Of a stretch of DNA of 64,000 nt, positions 43,966 through 53,442 are shown one piece after another (position 1 is the first letter of the stretch; each line of letters begins with the position of its first letter). The position numbers were made by a program, and so were the translations under genes. The notes beneath the pieces were generated by a model. It had not been told where the DNA came from and searched no databases. It worked only from the letters and a program-made list of their open reading frames with translations. The stretch spans positions 23,469 through 87,468 of the forward strand of contig JBCCQN010000005.1 of NCBI GenBank assembly GCA_039024315.1. The letters run 5' to 3'. The DNA comes from Bacteroidota bacterium (GTDB taxonomy: Bacteria; Bacteroidota; Bacteroidia; J057).

Positions 43966-46900
43966 TTATTCCTTGACTAGTACCAATTTGGTACGATCGT
44001 GCTTAAATCGCTGGAAGTAATACTCTCTAAAGGCCTGATAATCCTCCGGTTTGACGATCGCTTGAGTGAACTGATTTTTGCGAATTACCCGGAGTCCGCT
44101 CTCTTCGAGCCTAAATTCAAGACTGTACTCCCCAAATTGAGACCTTAGGCGCACGTCTTCCGGAATTTGATATAGCTTCATGCCTTCAGGCATCCTGATC
44201 AGAAGGTCTTGCTCTGTGGGGGCCAGAACAGTGATTTGCGACACATCCAATAATCCCAATCGTTCTTCTTGCAGCAAAGCATCTGGCAGGCTACCCTCAA
44301 CAATAAGGGGTAAAGTCAAAATGGTCAGATCATACAAATCTTCAGTAAATTCTGGTGCTTGCAGTCCCGTCTGTAAGTAAAGGGGATCATGGATTTTATC
44401 GAGGTTTTCCAATTCAAATTCAGCATACTTTTGCCTCGATATAGCCGGAATGTTGAGCTCACGACGAAATAACTCATTGCTTTCTTGCTGGTCTGTATCC
44501 GTCAATATTTCGCGAAAGCGTGCGCCTTCTACTCCCGTATAGATCCCGTTGATATCCAGCGCGATGCTACCATCGGCCTTTAGATCGGCCCCCAAGTGAT
44601 AGCTGATTTTGGTCCGCTCTGGATCAATCCGAGTATCTGGCAAACGGAAAATACGATCTTCGCCTTCTTTAATCAACAAAGCCCAAGCATCCGCATCCAT
44701 TTCTGGTAGCGCACGATAGGGAAAACGATCGGTAGTCAAATCGACATATTCCATCTTCCCGTCGATCACATAAGCAACCACCACATGATTAAATATCAAC
44801 TGCGGCAAGCACTCAAAAGGGATGTATTGCCCCGCCAAAGTCAAAGCATAATAAGACTCAATATCTGCCATCCGCAGCAAAGCAATCATGAGCGTGGCTA
44901 CATCCTTACAATCTCCGATACCAGAGGTACAGGTGAGTTCAGTCGCTTGAGGCTCAAAATTAGACTGCAAAAAAGAAACCGAAGAGTAATTGATCTCCTT
45001 AGTGATATAGGTGTAAAAAGCAATTACCTTCTCTTCATCGCTCATGCCCGGCTCAACCAACTCATCATATAGCTTTTGCAAATAGGGATTAGGATCGAGT
45101 TTTCGGTAGGTGAGATCATTATACCACTCTACATACTTGCTCCAATCTGTCTCATTGGAAAACCACAGAGAAGGCGATGAATACCAGTCTGCAAAGCCCG
45201 CTTCTTCTTCCTTCAACTTAGGTACATCTTTAAGCTCCCAACGATAAAAATCATAACCCGCTTCCGTCCTGATAGCCGGTTCCTGATCGATTCGATACGG
45301 TACATAGGGTAGGTTTTCCCCTTGGGGAACGCCAATCTCCAGATAAGTAAAGTGGATAGGGTAGGATAGCATAAAGGGCTGCCAAAGCATCCAATGATCT
45401 CCAAAGGGAAACTCCTGCCAGCTAAAGCCATCTGTAGCAGTACCCTCGGCGTAGATTCGATCTCCAGGCCGCAGATCCTTAAAAACTGCAAAATTACCAT
45501 TTTGCTCTGGTCTAAATTCTGTGCCATCAGGCCGAACTACCTTAATGGATACATTATCGCCGAGATAAGAAAAATTTGATTGAGTCCATGCCCTCACCCC
45601 ATTGACAGTATTGATCTGCACCAGCATCTTTTGAGTGCTCTCGACATTGCCGGAAGTATCGACCAAAAACTGCATCGTTCTTAAAGGGATCACCACATTT
45701 TCCTGCTGATAGCGCGCTTGCCATTCAGATTCTTGGGCGAGAATATCTTCAAAGCTTACTTCCTTAAATGCATTGCGCGCCTCAATCGGCGAACGCAGCG
45801 ACTTAATCTTTGCACTAAGCTCATCCCTATAATAAAAGACGTTTTTTTTGTGAGCATCGGCCAATTCAAAATAGTGTAAGGCACTATCCAGCTGCCCCAT
45901 ATCTTGGTAGATCTCGCCTTTCAACTCTAGTAAAGCACTTGAATACGGATGGCAAAGTAGCCCCTCTGAAATAGTAGCGAGCGCCTCCGTCTGTTCATCT
46001 TCTGCCCTATGATAGTTGGCTTTTCCGGTAAAGGAACTCACGTAAAAGGGAAAGCGGGCTAAGGTCTCTTCATGGCCCTTAAGGGGATTTTCTTTTCGCT
46101 TTTTGCGTTCGCGCTTGAGTTTTTGAGCCTTACGCCATCTTTTGAGAGAAAACTTCTCTTTCTCTCCCTTACCCTTTGAGCTATAAGACTCCCTAAACAT
46201 ATTTTCATAATCAGGGTAGCGTTCGACAATGTCGTCTTTGTAAATATCTAGGGTATCGCTCCAATTTTTGAGCCGATAGAAATCAATGGATTTACGGACC
46301 GTCGCGCGATTTGAGCTCGCAATCTCTTGCAACAAACTCAACCAGTTGTAATAAAGCTCACTCTGCATTTCTGCGTTGAGTCGGGTCATCTCACGATTGA
46401 CCAAAGGATAGAGGGGAGTAGCCTTTAAATCGACCCGTTCTAAACTGCGGGAAGCTTGGACGAAATTGCCGACCTTGCCATGAAACATGGCCAAAAAGCT
46501 CCGTAGATATACTGACTCGGAGTAGCGTTCCACCGCAGGGGTAAAAAACGAAATACCTTCTTGATATAGCTCCTTTTTCAAAAACAAACGAGCTAATAAA
46601 TAATAGTCGCTCCATTGAAAATCCTCAGACTTGATCTTGCTCTTTAGGTAAAGGAGATTTTGATCTTCCAAGGACTCAAAGTCCTTTAACGCTCCTTGCT
46701 TTGCTTCGGCTTTTAAAGGAGATAGTCTCACCAATTTACCTTGAGCATCAACGAGACGGACAATAACCCCCTCACTCTGGGTCTGACGGCCATATCGCTC
46801 CGCAGTATCGAAGAAAGAAAATTCTTCATATTGTCTAATATTTGGATTATACGGACTTAATTTTATTCGCAAATCGTGATTTCCAGCACTCAGCAAAATG

Positions 46901-47700
46901 CGAAAACGCTCTCCATCAAACTCTAAGCCCCTGCCATCAGGATCACTCAAAATCAACTCCCCGTCTAACCAAAGTTTGATCGGCAAGCTGCGTCCAAGCT
47001 CCAAATAAAGGGTTTGATCTTCCTCTAAGAAAAAGCGTTTGTGCATGTAATATAGATCACCGATCCGATTGGCTGGCAGATAAGTATCTGCTGGATTGAG
47101 TAGCCCATTAGGATCTTGCTTTTGAGGCTGTATCCACCTCAATGGCTTGCCTACCCCATTGTCGTAGGCTTGGTTCGTAATTTGCGTTAAGGCCGCTTCT
47201 GGCCCATATGCTTTAGCAAAACCACTGCCACCAATATTGCGAAAGGGGCCAATGTAATACCAATCCGGCGTCAAAAAGAAAGGCGCCATTTCTTGACAAA
47301 GGGCTTCATAAGTGTCTAAGCGCTTTACTTGGGCCAATTTGCTTTGGTAGGGCAAACGTACGCTTTCACTCAGTCGATCGTCTTGGATTAGCTCCTCAAT
47401 TTGCGATTTGTTGAGATCTAGAGACGGAAAAGCACGAAAATAAATGTCTTGCCCAGCACTGAGGAGTAATTTTTCAGAGAGTTGATCTTGCAATTTAGAG
47501 TCTCGAAAAATATCAGCCAGATAGAGCAAACCCAACATACTTTGTTGATCGCTACTGTCCTGAGCCAAGGCTTGCGAAAAGCTTTTACGAGCTCCTAAAA
47601 AGTCATTTTCAAGCAATTGGTCCCAGCCATTTTGCTGTTGGCCCCAAAGTAGGTTAGCCCATATGCTACTGAATAGCAGCAGCCCAGTTCGAAAGTTCAT
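43966..47700 (-). CDS. Very large secreted TPR / DUF3857-like / transglutaminase-like cysteine protease-fold protein
   Basis: 1244 aa with a signal peptide. The transglutaminase-core triad context is SGIGDCKDVATLMIALLRMADI (Cys), FNHVVVAY (His) and MEYVDLT (Asp). A basic KRERKKRKE stretch lies mid-protein. Confidence 0.7.
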   Translation of the reverse strand: MNFRTGLLLFSSIWANLLWGQQQNGWDQLLENDFLGARKSFSQALAQDSSDQQSMLGLLYLADIFRDSKLQDQLSEKLLLSAGQDIYFRAFPSLDLNKSQIEELIQDDRLSESVRLPYQSKLAQVKRLDTYEALCQEMAPFFLTPDWYYIGPFRNIGGSGFAKAYGPEAALTQITNQAYDNGVGKPLRWIQPQKQDPNGLLNPADTYLPANRIGDLYYMHKRFFLEEDQTLYLELGRSLPIKLWLDGELILSDPDGRGLEFDGERFRILLSAGNHDLRIKLSPYNPNIRQYEEFSFFDTAERYGRQTQSEGVIVRLVDAQGKLVRLSPLKAEAKQGALKDFESLEDQNLLYLKSKIKSEDFQWSDYYLLARLFLKKELYQEGISFFTPAVERYSESVYLRSFLAMFHGKVGNFVQASRSLERVDLKATPLYPLVNREMTRLNAEMQSELYYNWLSLLQEIASSNRATVRKSIDFYRLKNWSDTLDIYKDDIVERYPDYENMFRESYSSKGKGEKEKFSLKRWRKAQKLKRERKKRKENPLKGHEETLARFPFYVSSFTGKANYHRAEDEQTEALATISEGLLCHPYSSALLELKGEIYQDMGQLDSALHYFELADAHKKNVFYYRDELSAKIKSLRSPIEARNAFKEVSFEDILAQESEWQARYQQENVVIPLRTMQFLVDTSGNVESTQKMLVQINTVNGVRAWTQSNFSYLGDNVSIKVVRPDGTEFRPEQNGNFAVFKDLRPGDRIYAEGTATDGFSWQEFPFGDHWMLWQPFMLSYPIHFTYLEIGVPQGENLPYVPYRIDQEPAIRTEAGYDFYRWELKDVPKLKEEEAGFADWYSSPSLWFSNETDWSKYVEWYNDLTYRKLDPNPYLQKLYDELVEPGMSDEEKVIAFYTYITKEINYSSVSFLQSNFEPQATELTCTSGIGDCKDVATLMIALLRMADIESYYALTLAGQYIPFECLPQLIFNHVVVAYVIDGKMEYVDLTTDRFPYRALPEMDADAWALLIKEGEDRIFRLPDTRIDPERTKISYHLGADLKADGSIALDINGIYTGVEGARFREILTDTDQQESNELFRRELNIPAISRQKYAEFELENLDKIHDPLYLQTGLQAPEFTEDLYDLTILTLPLIVEGSLPDALLQEERLGLLDVSQITVLAPTEQDLLIRMPEGMKLYQIPEDVRLRSQFGEYSLEFRLEESGLRVIRKNQFTQAIVKPEDYQAFREYYFQRFKHDRTKLVLVKE

Positions 47701-47840
47701 TATGTGGATTTGCGTGTTTAGCCGAGAAAAATGTCCGCCACCTGATTGTGTTCCTTTTCAATATACGATGATAAGCTTAGAAATGGTTGCGGTAAAGGCT
47801 GATTTTCGGGCCTGTAAGATGTTGTGAGACTTCGCTATGC

Positions 47841-50633
47841 ATGTTTCCAAATTTTGGTATATATTTTGAACGACTTTTCAATTTAACCCATAGCACCTTC
47901 GTTCTCACCCCTAATCAATGTAGCTTGAAATACGGCAGCTTAACTTTTCTCTTGCTTTTTGGCTTGAGTGCTTTCTCTCTCTCTGCGCAAATTAACCTGA
48001 CATCATTTTCCAGCCTTCCCAACACCATCAACGAGACCTCCGGTCTGGCCGCCAATGGTAGTAATAAAGTCTGGACCCACAACGACTCTGGAGGAGAAAA
48101 CAAACTCTATGAGATCGACACTATGGGTAATATTACCCGGACTTTGACCATCCTTAATGCTACTCTAGTAGATTGGGAAGAGATGGCTCAAGACGATCAG
48201 GGCAACTTTTATATTGGAGATTTTGGTAATAATGGCAACGCCCGTAACAACCAAAAAATCTATATCATCCCCAATCCTGATTCGATTTCCTCAGATAGCG
48301 TTTTCGCTCAAGTAATCAACCTTTCTTATGCCGATCAAACTGCCTTTCCCCCTCCCAACAATCGGAGACATTATGATATGGAAGGCATGATTTGGTATCA
48401 GGATAGTCTATACCTTTTTTCCAAAAACCGCACAAATCCATTTGACGGTTATACCCGTCTCTATAAGATGCCTGATAATCCAGGTACTTATTCGGTGAGT
48501 CCAGTAGATAGTTTTTATACGGGCCCAGGCCCCAAAGAGACTTTCTGGATTACAGGAGCAGATATTAGTCCTTCAGGAAAACAGCTTATGCTCCTTTCTT
48601 ATGATAAAGTTTGGCTCTTTTCCTGTTTCAGTGGCAGTGATTTTTTTAATGGAGACGTGCAGCAGCTGAGCTTAAGTGCGCTCGGCCAATACGAAGGTAT
48701 CAAATTTATCGATGAAGCTACGGTCTATATAAGTAATGAGACTTCAGTTACAGGTACCGCAGCCTTAAATAAGGCAGACATTAGCAATTTTATAAGCGTA
48801 CCATTTGTCGATTTAGGTCCAGACATTACCACCGCTAATTTGACAGCCACCCTCCTCGGAGGCAATCAACCCAGCGGTTCCACCTACTTATGGAGCAATG
48901 GTTCGACCAACGCACAAATCAATGTCAATATGAGTGGCCTTTATTGGTTAGAGGTCACCAATGGCAGCTGCGTCGAAAGGGACTCCATCAGTGTCACGCT
49001 CCTTTGCCAAGGCTTTGGCAGTGCTGCGAGTGGAACCAATATTGACTGTTTTGGCAATCAAAATGGGATGATTGATTTGACCGTAATCGGAGGTACCCCT
49101 GGCTATAACTACAGTTGGTCCAATGGGGCAAACTCTCAGGACTTGAACAATCTCTCCGCAGGCACCTACAATGTCACGATCACTGACCAAAATGGCTGTG
49201 TACGTCAACAGTCTATTACCATAGTTGAGCCTCCCATTTTGAATGCAAGTATCCAAGGCACAGATGTAAGCTGTAATGGCGGTAGTAATGGAATAGTCGA
49301 TCTCAGCGTCTCTGGCGGCACCCCTGGCTATACCTACAGTTGGTCCAATGGAGATACGAGTCAAGACCTTCTCAACGTAGCAGCAGGCAATTATAATGTC
49401 AGCGTTTTCGACGCCAACAATTGTAATATTCCTCTCAGTCAGACTTTGACTGAGCCAAGTCCGATATTGGTCAATTTATCTCCTAGTGCCACGCTATGTT
49501 TTGGCGAAGCTAGCGGTAGTATCAACTTAAGCGTTAGCGGAGGCATAGCCGGATATCGTTTTGCGTGGAACAATGGAGATACCACCCAAAATGTCAGTAA
49601 TCTCAGTGCGGGGGTTTATGCAGTAGTCGTAACTGACGCCAATAACTGCCCGATCCAAGCCGTCGATACCGTCGATAATGCACCCCCAATTGGCATCGCC
49701 TTGAGCAATACAGATGCTAGCTGTGCCAATATCGACGATGGTAGTATAGATTTGACGGTAGCAGGCGGCACTCCTCCCTATCAATATAGCTGGTCCAATG
49801 GCGCGACAAGCGAAGATTTGCTAGGATTAGGAGCGGGCCTTTATACCTTTGTTCTTACTGACTCCAATGCCTGTAGCCGCACCGATAGCATTGCCGTTAG
49901 TGCCCCTCCGGCACCAATTTTCAGTCTCGACGGGCAAGATGTACTATGCGCAGGTGATAGCAATGGATCGGTAAATCTCAGTCTTAGCGGTGGAGTAGCT
50001 CCCTTCTCTTACTTATGGAGCAATGGAGATAGTTCCTCCGATCTGAGTGCTGTCCCTGCAGGAACCTATCGTCTTTCTCTCACAGATAACCTAGGCTGCG
50101 TGTTTGAAGACAGTTTGGCGATTAGTGAACCAAGTGTATTATTGATAAGCAATCTTAGTAGTACGCCAGACAGTACGGGTAGCAGCGGCACCATCAGTTT
50201 GAGTGCGACAGGAGGCACCCCTCCTTACAGCTATGCTTGGTCAAATGCGGCTACCGATAGTAGCCTTAGTGGTCTTGCCGCGGGTGATTATGCCATCACG
50301 ATTACAGATGCCAATGGCTGTACTGTGAATGACAGTGTTACGGTCATGCTTCAATCCTCTATCTCGATTGAAGCCCCACTTGGTCTGCAACAATTTGGCA
50401 TATATCCCAATCCCGCAAGCGACGAAGTCAAATTGCAGATTGAATGGCAAATAGCACAAGCAGCACGCTTGAGACTCTATAATCTGCAAGGCCAATTGAT
50501 GTGGGAAGGCAGCCTCGAGGCGTCCAAAACACAAGAAAAGATCATTCAGATGGGCCACCTGACTCAGGGGATTTACCTGCTAGAACTCAGTTCTGAGTCT
50601 GGGATTTGGTCTAAAAAGATCCAAAAGTTGTAA
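47841..50633 (+). CDS. T9SS-secreted adhesin-like protein: N-terminal beta-propeller-like domain, six SprB-type repeats and a T9SS C-terminal sorting domain
   Basis: 930 aa. A repeat of about 75 aa, C.G...G.I.L.V.GG.P.Y.Y.WSNG....DL..L.AG.Y.V...D.NGC, occurs six times (about 48990-50350). The tail reads IYPNPASDEVKLQIEW..LYNLQGQLM..LTQGIYLLEL. A TTG at 47925 (LKYGSLTFLLLFGL..) is an alternative start. Confidence 0.8.
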   Translation: MFPNFGIYFERLFNLTHSTFVLTPNQCSLKYGSLTFLLLFGLSAFSLSAQINLTSFSSLPNTINETSGLAANGSNKVWTHNDSGGENKLYEIDTMGNITRTLTILNATLVDWEEMAQDDQGNFYIGDFGNNGNARNNQKIYIIPNPDSISSDSVFAQVINLSYADQTAFPPPNNRRHYDMEGMIWYQDSLYLFSKNRTNPFDGYTRLYKMPDNPGTYSVSPVDSFYTGPGPKETFWITGADISPSGKQLMLLSYDKVWLFSCFSGSDFFNGDVQQLSLSALGQYEGIKFIDEATVYISNETSVTGTAALNKADISNFISVPFVDLGPDITTANLTATLLGGNQPSGSTYLWSNGSTNAQINVNMSGLYWLEVTNGSCVERDSISVTLLCQGFGSAASGTNIDCFGNQNGMIDLTVIGGTPGYNYSWSNGANSQDLNNLSAGTYNVTITDQNGCVRQQSITIVEPPILNASIQGTDVSCNGGSNGIVDLSVSGGTPGYTYSWSNGDTSQDLLNVAAGNYNVSVFDANNCNIPLSQTLTEPSPILVNLSPSATLCFGEASGSINLSVSGGIAGYRFAWNNGDTTQNVSNLSAGVYAVVVTDANNCPIQAVDTVDNAPPIGIALSNTDASCANIDDGSIDLTVAGGTPPYQYSWSNGATSEDLLGLGAGLYTFVLTDSNACSRTDSIAVSAPPAPIFSLDGQDVLCAGDSNGSVNLSLSGGVAPFSYLWSNGDSSSDLSAVPAGTYRLSLTDNLGCVFEDSLAISEPSVLLISNLSSTPDSTGSSGTISLSATGGTPPYSYAWSNAATDSSLSGLAAGDYAITITDANGCTVNDSVTVMLQSSISIEAPLGLQQFGIYPNPASDEVKLQIEWQIAQAARLRLYNLQGQLMWEGSLEASKTQEKIIQMGHLTQGIYLLELSSESGIWSKKIQKL

Positions 50634-50668
50634 ACGCAAACAGTTTAAGTACTGAGACAACAGTATTC

Positions 50669-50773
50669 AGTATTAAGACCTTGAAAAATTGGACTATATG
50701 GTTCAGGGAGACCTTTTTTCTCTTTACTAAATACTCCCGAAAGCTTTCGGGACACTTGCTACTCTGTACTTAA
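50669..50773 (+). repeat. Dispersed intergenic repeat family 2, copy C (palindrome cccgaaagctttcggg at 50735-50750)
   Basis: agtattaagaccttgaaaaattggactatatggttcagggagaccttttttctctttactaaatactcccgaaagctttcgggacacttgctactctgtacttaa lies 36 nt after the stop of the SprB-repeat gene, in the same orientation. Confidence 0.65.
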
Positions 50774-50780
50774 AATAAAA

Positions 50781-50937
50781 TAGGGATTTTAAGCCTTAGC
50801 CTAGCCGTAGGATTTTGTTTGTGAGCACCGCTGCGCGGAACGCTTCTCTCAAGCAGAATCATACGGCTAAGTTTTTCTGAGATAAGCGTTCTGCGCAGCA
50901 GGCGTCAAAAGTAAAGCTCTTTGATATAAAAAATCCC
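50781..50937. repeat. Nested inverted-repeat element (repeat family 1)
   Basis: The outer inverted repeat is tagggatttt (50781-50790) with aaaatcccta (about 50928-50937). The inner one is ctgcgcggaacgctt (50831-50845) with aagcgttctgcgcagcag (50884-50901). Confidence 0.55.
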
Positions 50938-51899
50938 TAAGTTTTAGCAGCCGCCTCCCAAATCATGGCCACTTTACCCCTCGTCCGCATAGCTTCAATG
51001 TAACTAATCGCGTCAGGAATTTGCTCGTAGGGATATTCCTTCTCAATATGCACCTTCACTTTTTGTTCTTCCATCAAACCGGCCAAAGTCTCAAGGTCTT
51101 GGGTATTGGCTTTGGCTGTGAACTGGGTCAAAGGAAATTTGCTAAAGCTAGCTTTGAGCATGAGCTTCATCATATGCCCCATAGTGGTAAAACCAATGGT
51201 TATCGCTCGCTTTCCCATCCTCTTAAAGTCCTCATGAAATAAATTGCCATGAGTATCCAAAACTAGATCGTACTGTCCTTGATGGGTATGAATATTTTCT
51301 TTGTCATAGGCAATGACGGTATCTGCCCCAAGGCTTTTGACAAAATCTACATTCCTACTTGAGCACACAGCTGTGACTGTTGCTTCGTAGGCTTTCGCGA
51401 TCTGGACAGCAAAGTGGCCTACGCCTCCAGAGGCTCCATTGATTAGAACTGATTCGCCCTTAGTCAATTTACCATGCGTGATCAAAGCTTGTAAGGCAGT
51501 AAGGCCAGCGATCGGGCTACTCGCCATCTCAGCAAAACTGAGCCCTTCAGGGATTTTGCCACAAACTGCAGCAGGGGCAGAGATATATTCAGCAAAAGCG
51601 CCGCCGTTTAGATTTTCACCAAAGACGCGATCTCCCACTTTGAAATGGCTGACCTTATCGCCGACGGCCTCTACTATCCCAGCAAAGTCAGCACCTAGAA
51701 TCTTGTGCTTGGGCTTAAACAAGCCAAAGGAGAAGCGAGCAAAAAATGGCTCTCCCCGCAAAATATGCCAATCAGCAGGATTAGCAGAATTGGCGTGGTT
51801 CTTAACCAAGATATGCCCCTCTTTAAGAGTTGGCTTTTCTACCTCACTAAGTTTTAAGACTTCAGGACCGCCGTAAACGTCTTTGGTAAAGGCTTTCAT
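50937..51899 (-). CDS. Zinc-type/MDR-family NAD(P)-dependent oxidoreductase (quinone oxidoreductase-like)
   Basis: 320 aa with the Rossmann motif VLINGASGGVGHFAVQIAK and the GroES-like N-terminus GHILVKNHANSANPADW. Confidence 0.85.
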   Translation of the reverse strand: MKAFTKDVYGGPEVLKLSEVEKPTLKEGHILVKNHANSANPADWHILRGEPFFARFSFGLFKPKHKILGADFAGIVEAVGDKVSHFKVGDRVFGENLNGGAFAEYISAPAAVCGKIPEGLSFAEMASSPIAGLTALQALITHGKLTKGESVLINGASGGVGHFAVQIAKAYEATVTAVCSSRNVDFVKSLGADTVIAYDKENIHTHQGQYDLVLDTHGNLFHEDFKRMGKRAITIGFTTMGHMMKLMLKASFSKFPLTQFTAKANTQDLETLAGLMEEQKVKVHIEKEYPYEQIPDAISYIEAMRTRGKVAMIWEAAAKT

Positions 51900-51984
51900 A
51901 CTGTTTGATCAATAGGGTTTAACTAAAGATCAATAGGAAATATCTGAGTTGCAAAGACCTCACAGATCGCCTAGCCAATGAGCT

Positions 51985-52002
51985 AAGCGTTCTGCGAAGC
52001 AG
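51985..52002 (+). repeat. Repeat family 1 core motif aagcgttctgcgaagcag
   Basis: This is an exact copy of the 18-mer also present at 59031-59048 and 59173-59190. The following sequence, agt(c/g)a(t)aaaaaccg, is shared with the 59173 copy. Confidence 0.55.
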
Positions 52003-52117
52003 TCATAAAAACCGTCAAACAGCGCGGATTAAGCGTCCAAATAAATCGGGATTTCTGCTCGGAAATGAGTCTACAGAACAAAGTTTGCCCGCTTTTGTGC
52101 CTACAACCGGCAAGGCT

Positions 52118-53287
52118 CTAATAACTTAATCCTGCCGTATCTTCGAAGCGAGCCATAATGCCCCAGCCATAGAAATAGTTACTAAGGCCAATGATGATTT
52201 CATTTTTTCCGGGCTGCAGGGGGACCTGAAAAGATGCGTTTTCTAAGCTGCAACGGCCACGGGGTTCTTTCATACCTGCCGAACCATAATAGTTTTTATC
52301 AACATGAAGGGGGCTTCCATTGATAAAGACCCAAACTTCATCACGAAAGCCCAAACGCATAAGCTTTGATTGGGCGTTTTCAGATTCGATGGTCGTTTTC
52401 AGCCAGACGATGCGTCGCTGCCCCTCTCCGGTGGCGCCATAAGGAAGGGTAAGGTTGACTAGACCTCGAGGACCAGCATTGATCGTTTTCCATTGAGTTT
52501 CGGCATTGAGCAGGGTGGAATCAATCGCTACACCAGGGTTAAAACGAATTCCCATCATCACATCTTTGCCGATAGGGAGTTCAAATGGCTCACTCACCTC
52601 CCAATTGCGGAGATAACGAGGATCATTGGCACTAGGATCAAAGCCTGGCAGATCAGGCAAATTGTCTGTCTCATTGGGCCGTAGGACCATATTGGCGTAA
52701 ATGACATTGCCTGATAGGGAAATACCCCCTGATTGAGTAATTCCTTCTAGCATGGGGACCTGTAAGGCGGGACGATCCATATCGTTGACGTAGGCATGGA
52801 GTTGATGCTCAGAAATGACCAGCTTAATATGGTTCCATTGCCCTTCTAAAACGGTAGCTCCCGCTTGGTACTCATCAGTTATGTCCCAAAGGTTGACGCC
52901 ATCAATTACCGCGGCATATTGAGTAGTGGTTCGACGCAAGGGATCAGGTTTACCAAAATGCCGTATATAAAAGACTTCAGAATTAAGCGTGTCCGGTCCA
53001 ATCCGAAAATTAATCCCGGGAAAGCCATTGCCTACTAATTCTACATCAAACTCTATGGTCCCTGTGGAGAAGGTTTGATCTTTGAGCATGATATTGAAGA
53101 AATTATTATCAGCACTTCTGACAGCGCGGGTCGATTTATAATCGATAAACTCTACCTTGCCATTGGTGGCTACCCAGTGTTTACTGGTCATGGGGATTTC
53201 GATTTGACGAGAATTCTGGGCCAGCATTACCCCAAAGCAACACACTAAAAAGCTAAACAATAGAGAAGCTCGGATCAGGTGATTCAT
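52118..53287 (-). CDS. Secreted hypothetical protein (two jelly-roll/lectin-like halves suspected)
   Basis: 389 aa with a signal peptide (LLFSFLVCCFGVMLAQ). I recognise no catalytic motif, and the fold assignment is a guess. Confidence 0.55.
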   Translation of the reverse strand: MNHLIRASLLFSFLVCCFGVMLAQNSRQIEIPMTSKHWVATNGKVEFIDYKSTRAVRSADNNFFNIMLKDQTFSTGTIEFDVELVGNGFPGINFRIGPDTLNSEVFYIRHFGKPDPLRRTTTQYAAVIDGVNLWDITDEYQAGATVLEGQWNHIKLVISEHQLHAYVNDMDRPALQVPMLEGITQSGGISLSGNVIYANMVLRPNETDNLPDLPGFDPSANDPRYLRNWEVSEPFELPIGKDVMMGIRFNPGVAIDSTLLNAETQWKTINAGPRGLVNLTLPYGATGEGQRRIVWLKTTIESENAQSKLMRLGFRDEVWVFINGSPLHVDKNYYGSAGMKEPRGRCSLENASFQVPLQPGKNEIIIGLSNYFYGWGIMARFEDTAGLSY

Positions 53288-53442
53288 AATGATCTTATTA
53301 GTAATTTTTTATATGTTCGACTGATGCTCAAAGTAGAAAAAAGGCTTATTCAAGCATTATGGAGGGCTTGTTCAAGTTGGATCAATCCTGTTCAAGGGAA
53401 GATTCAGGACATTTTGCGCCTTTGGGGTATCGAACTTAACTT

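Noticed and set aside
32913-47700. Classical genomic island or mobile element
   Set aside because: There is no integrase, transposase, tRNA gene or flanking direct repeat in or next to the block. Only the compositional shift and the small MITE-like element suggest foreign origin.
48948-49364. 138-aa minus-strand ORF (and 49527-49784, 50241-50558)
   Set aside because: These are antisense to the SprB-repeat region. Repeat-rich, GC-balanced coding sequence commonly leaves long antisense frames open.
51439-51876. 145-aa plus-strand ORF
   Set aside because: It is antisense to the MDR oxidoreductase gene, which has a clear Rossmann motif.
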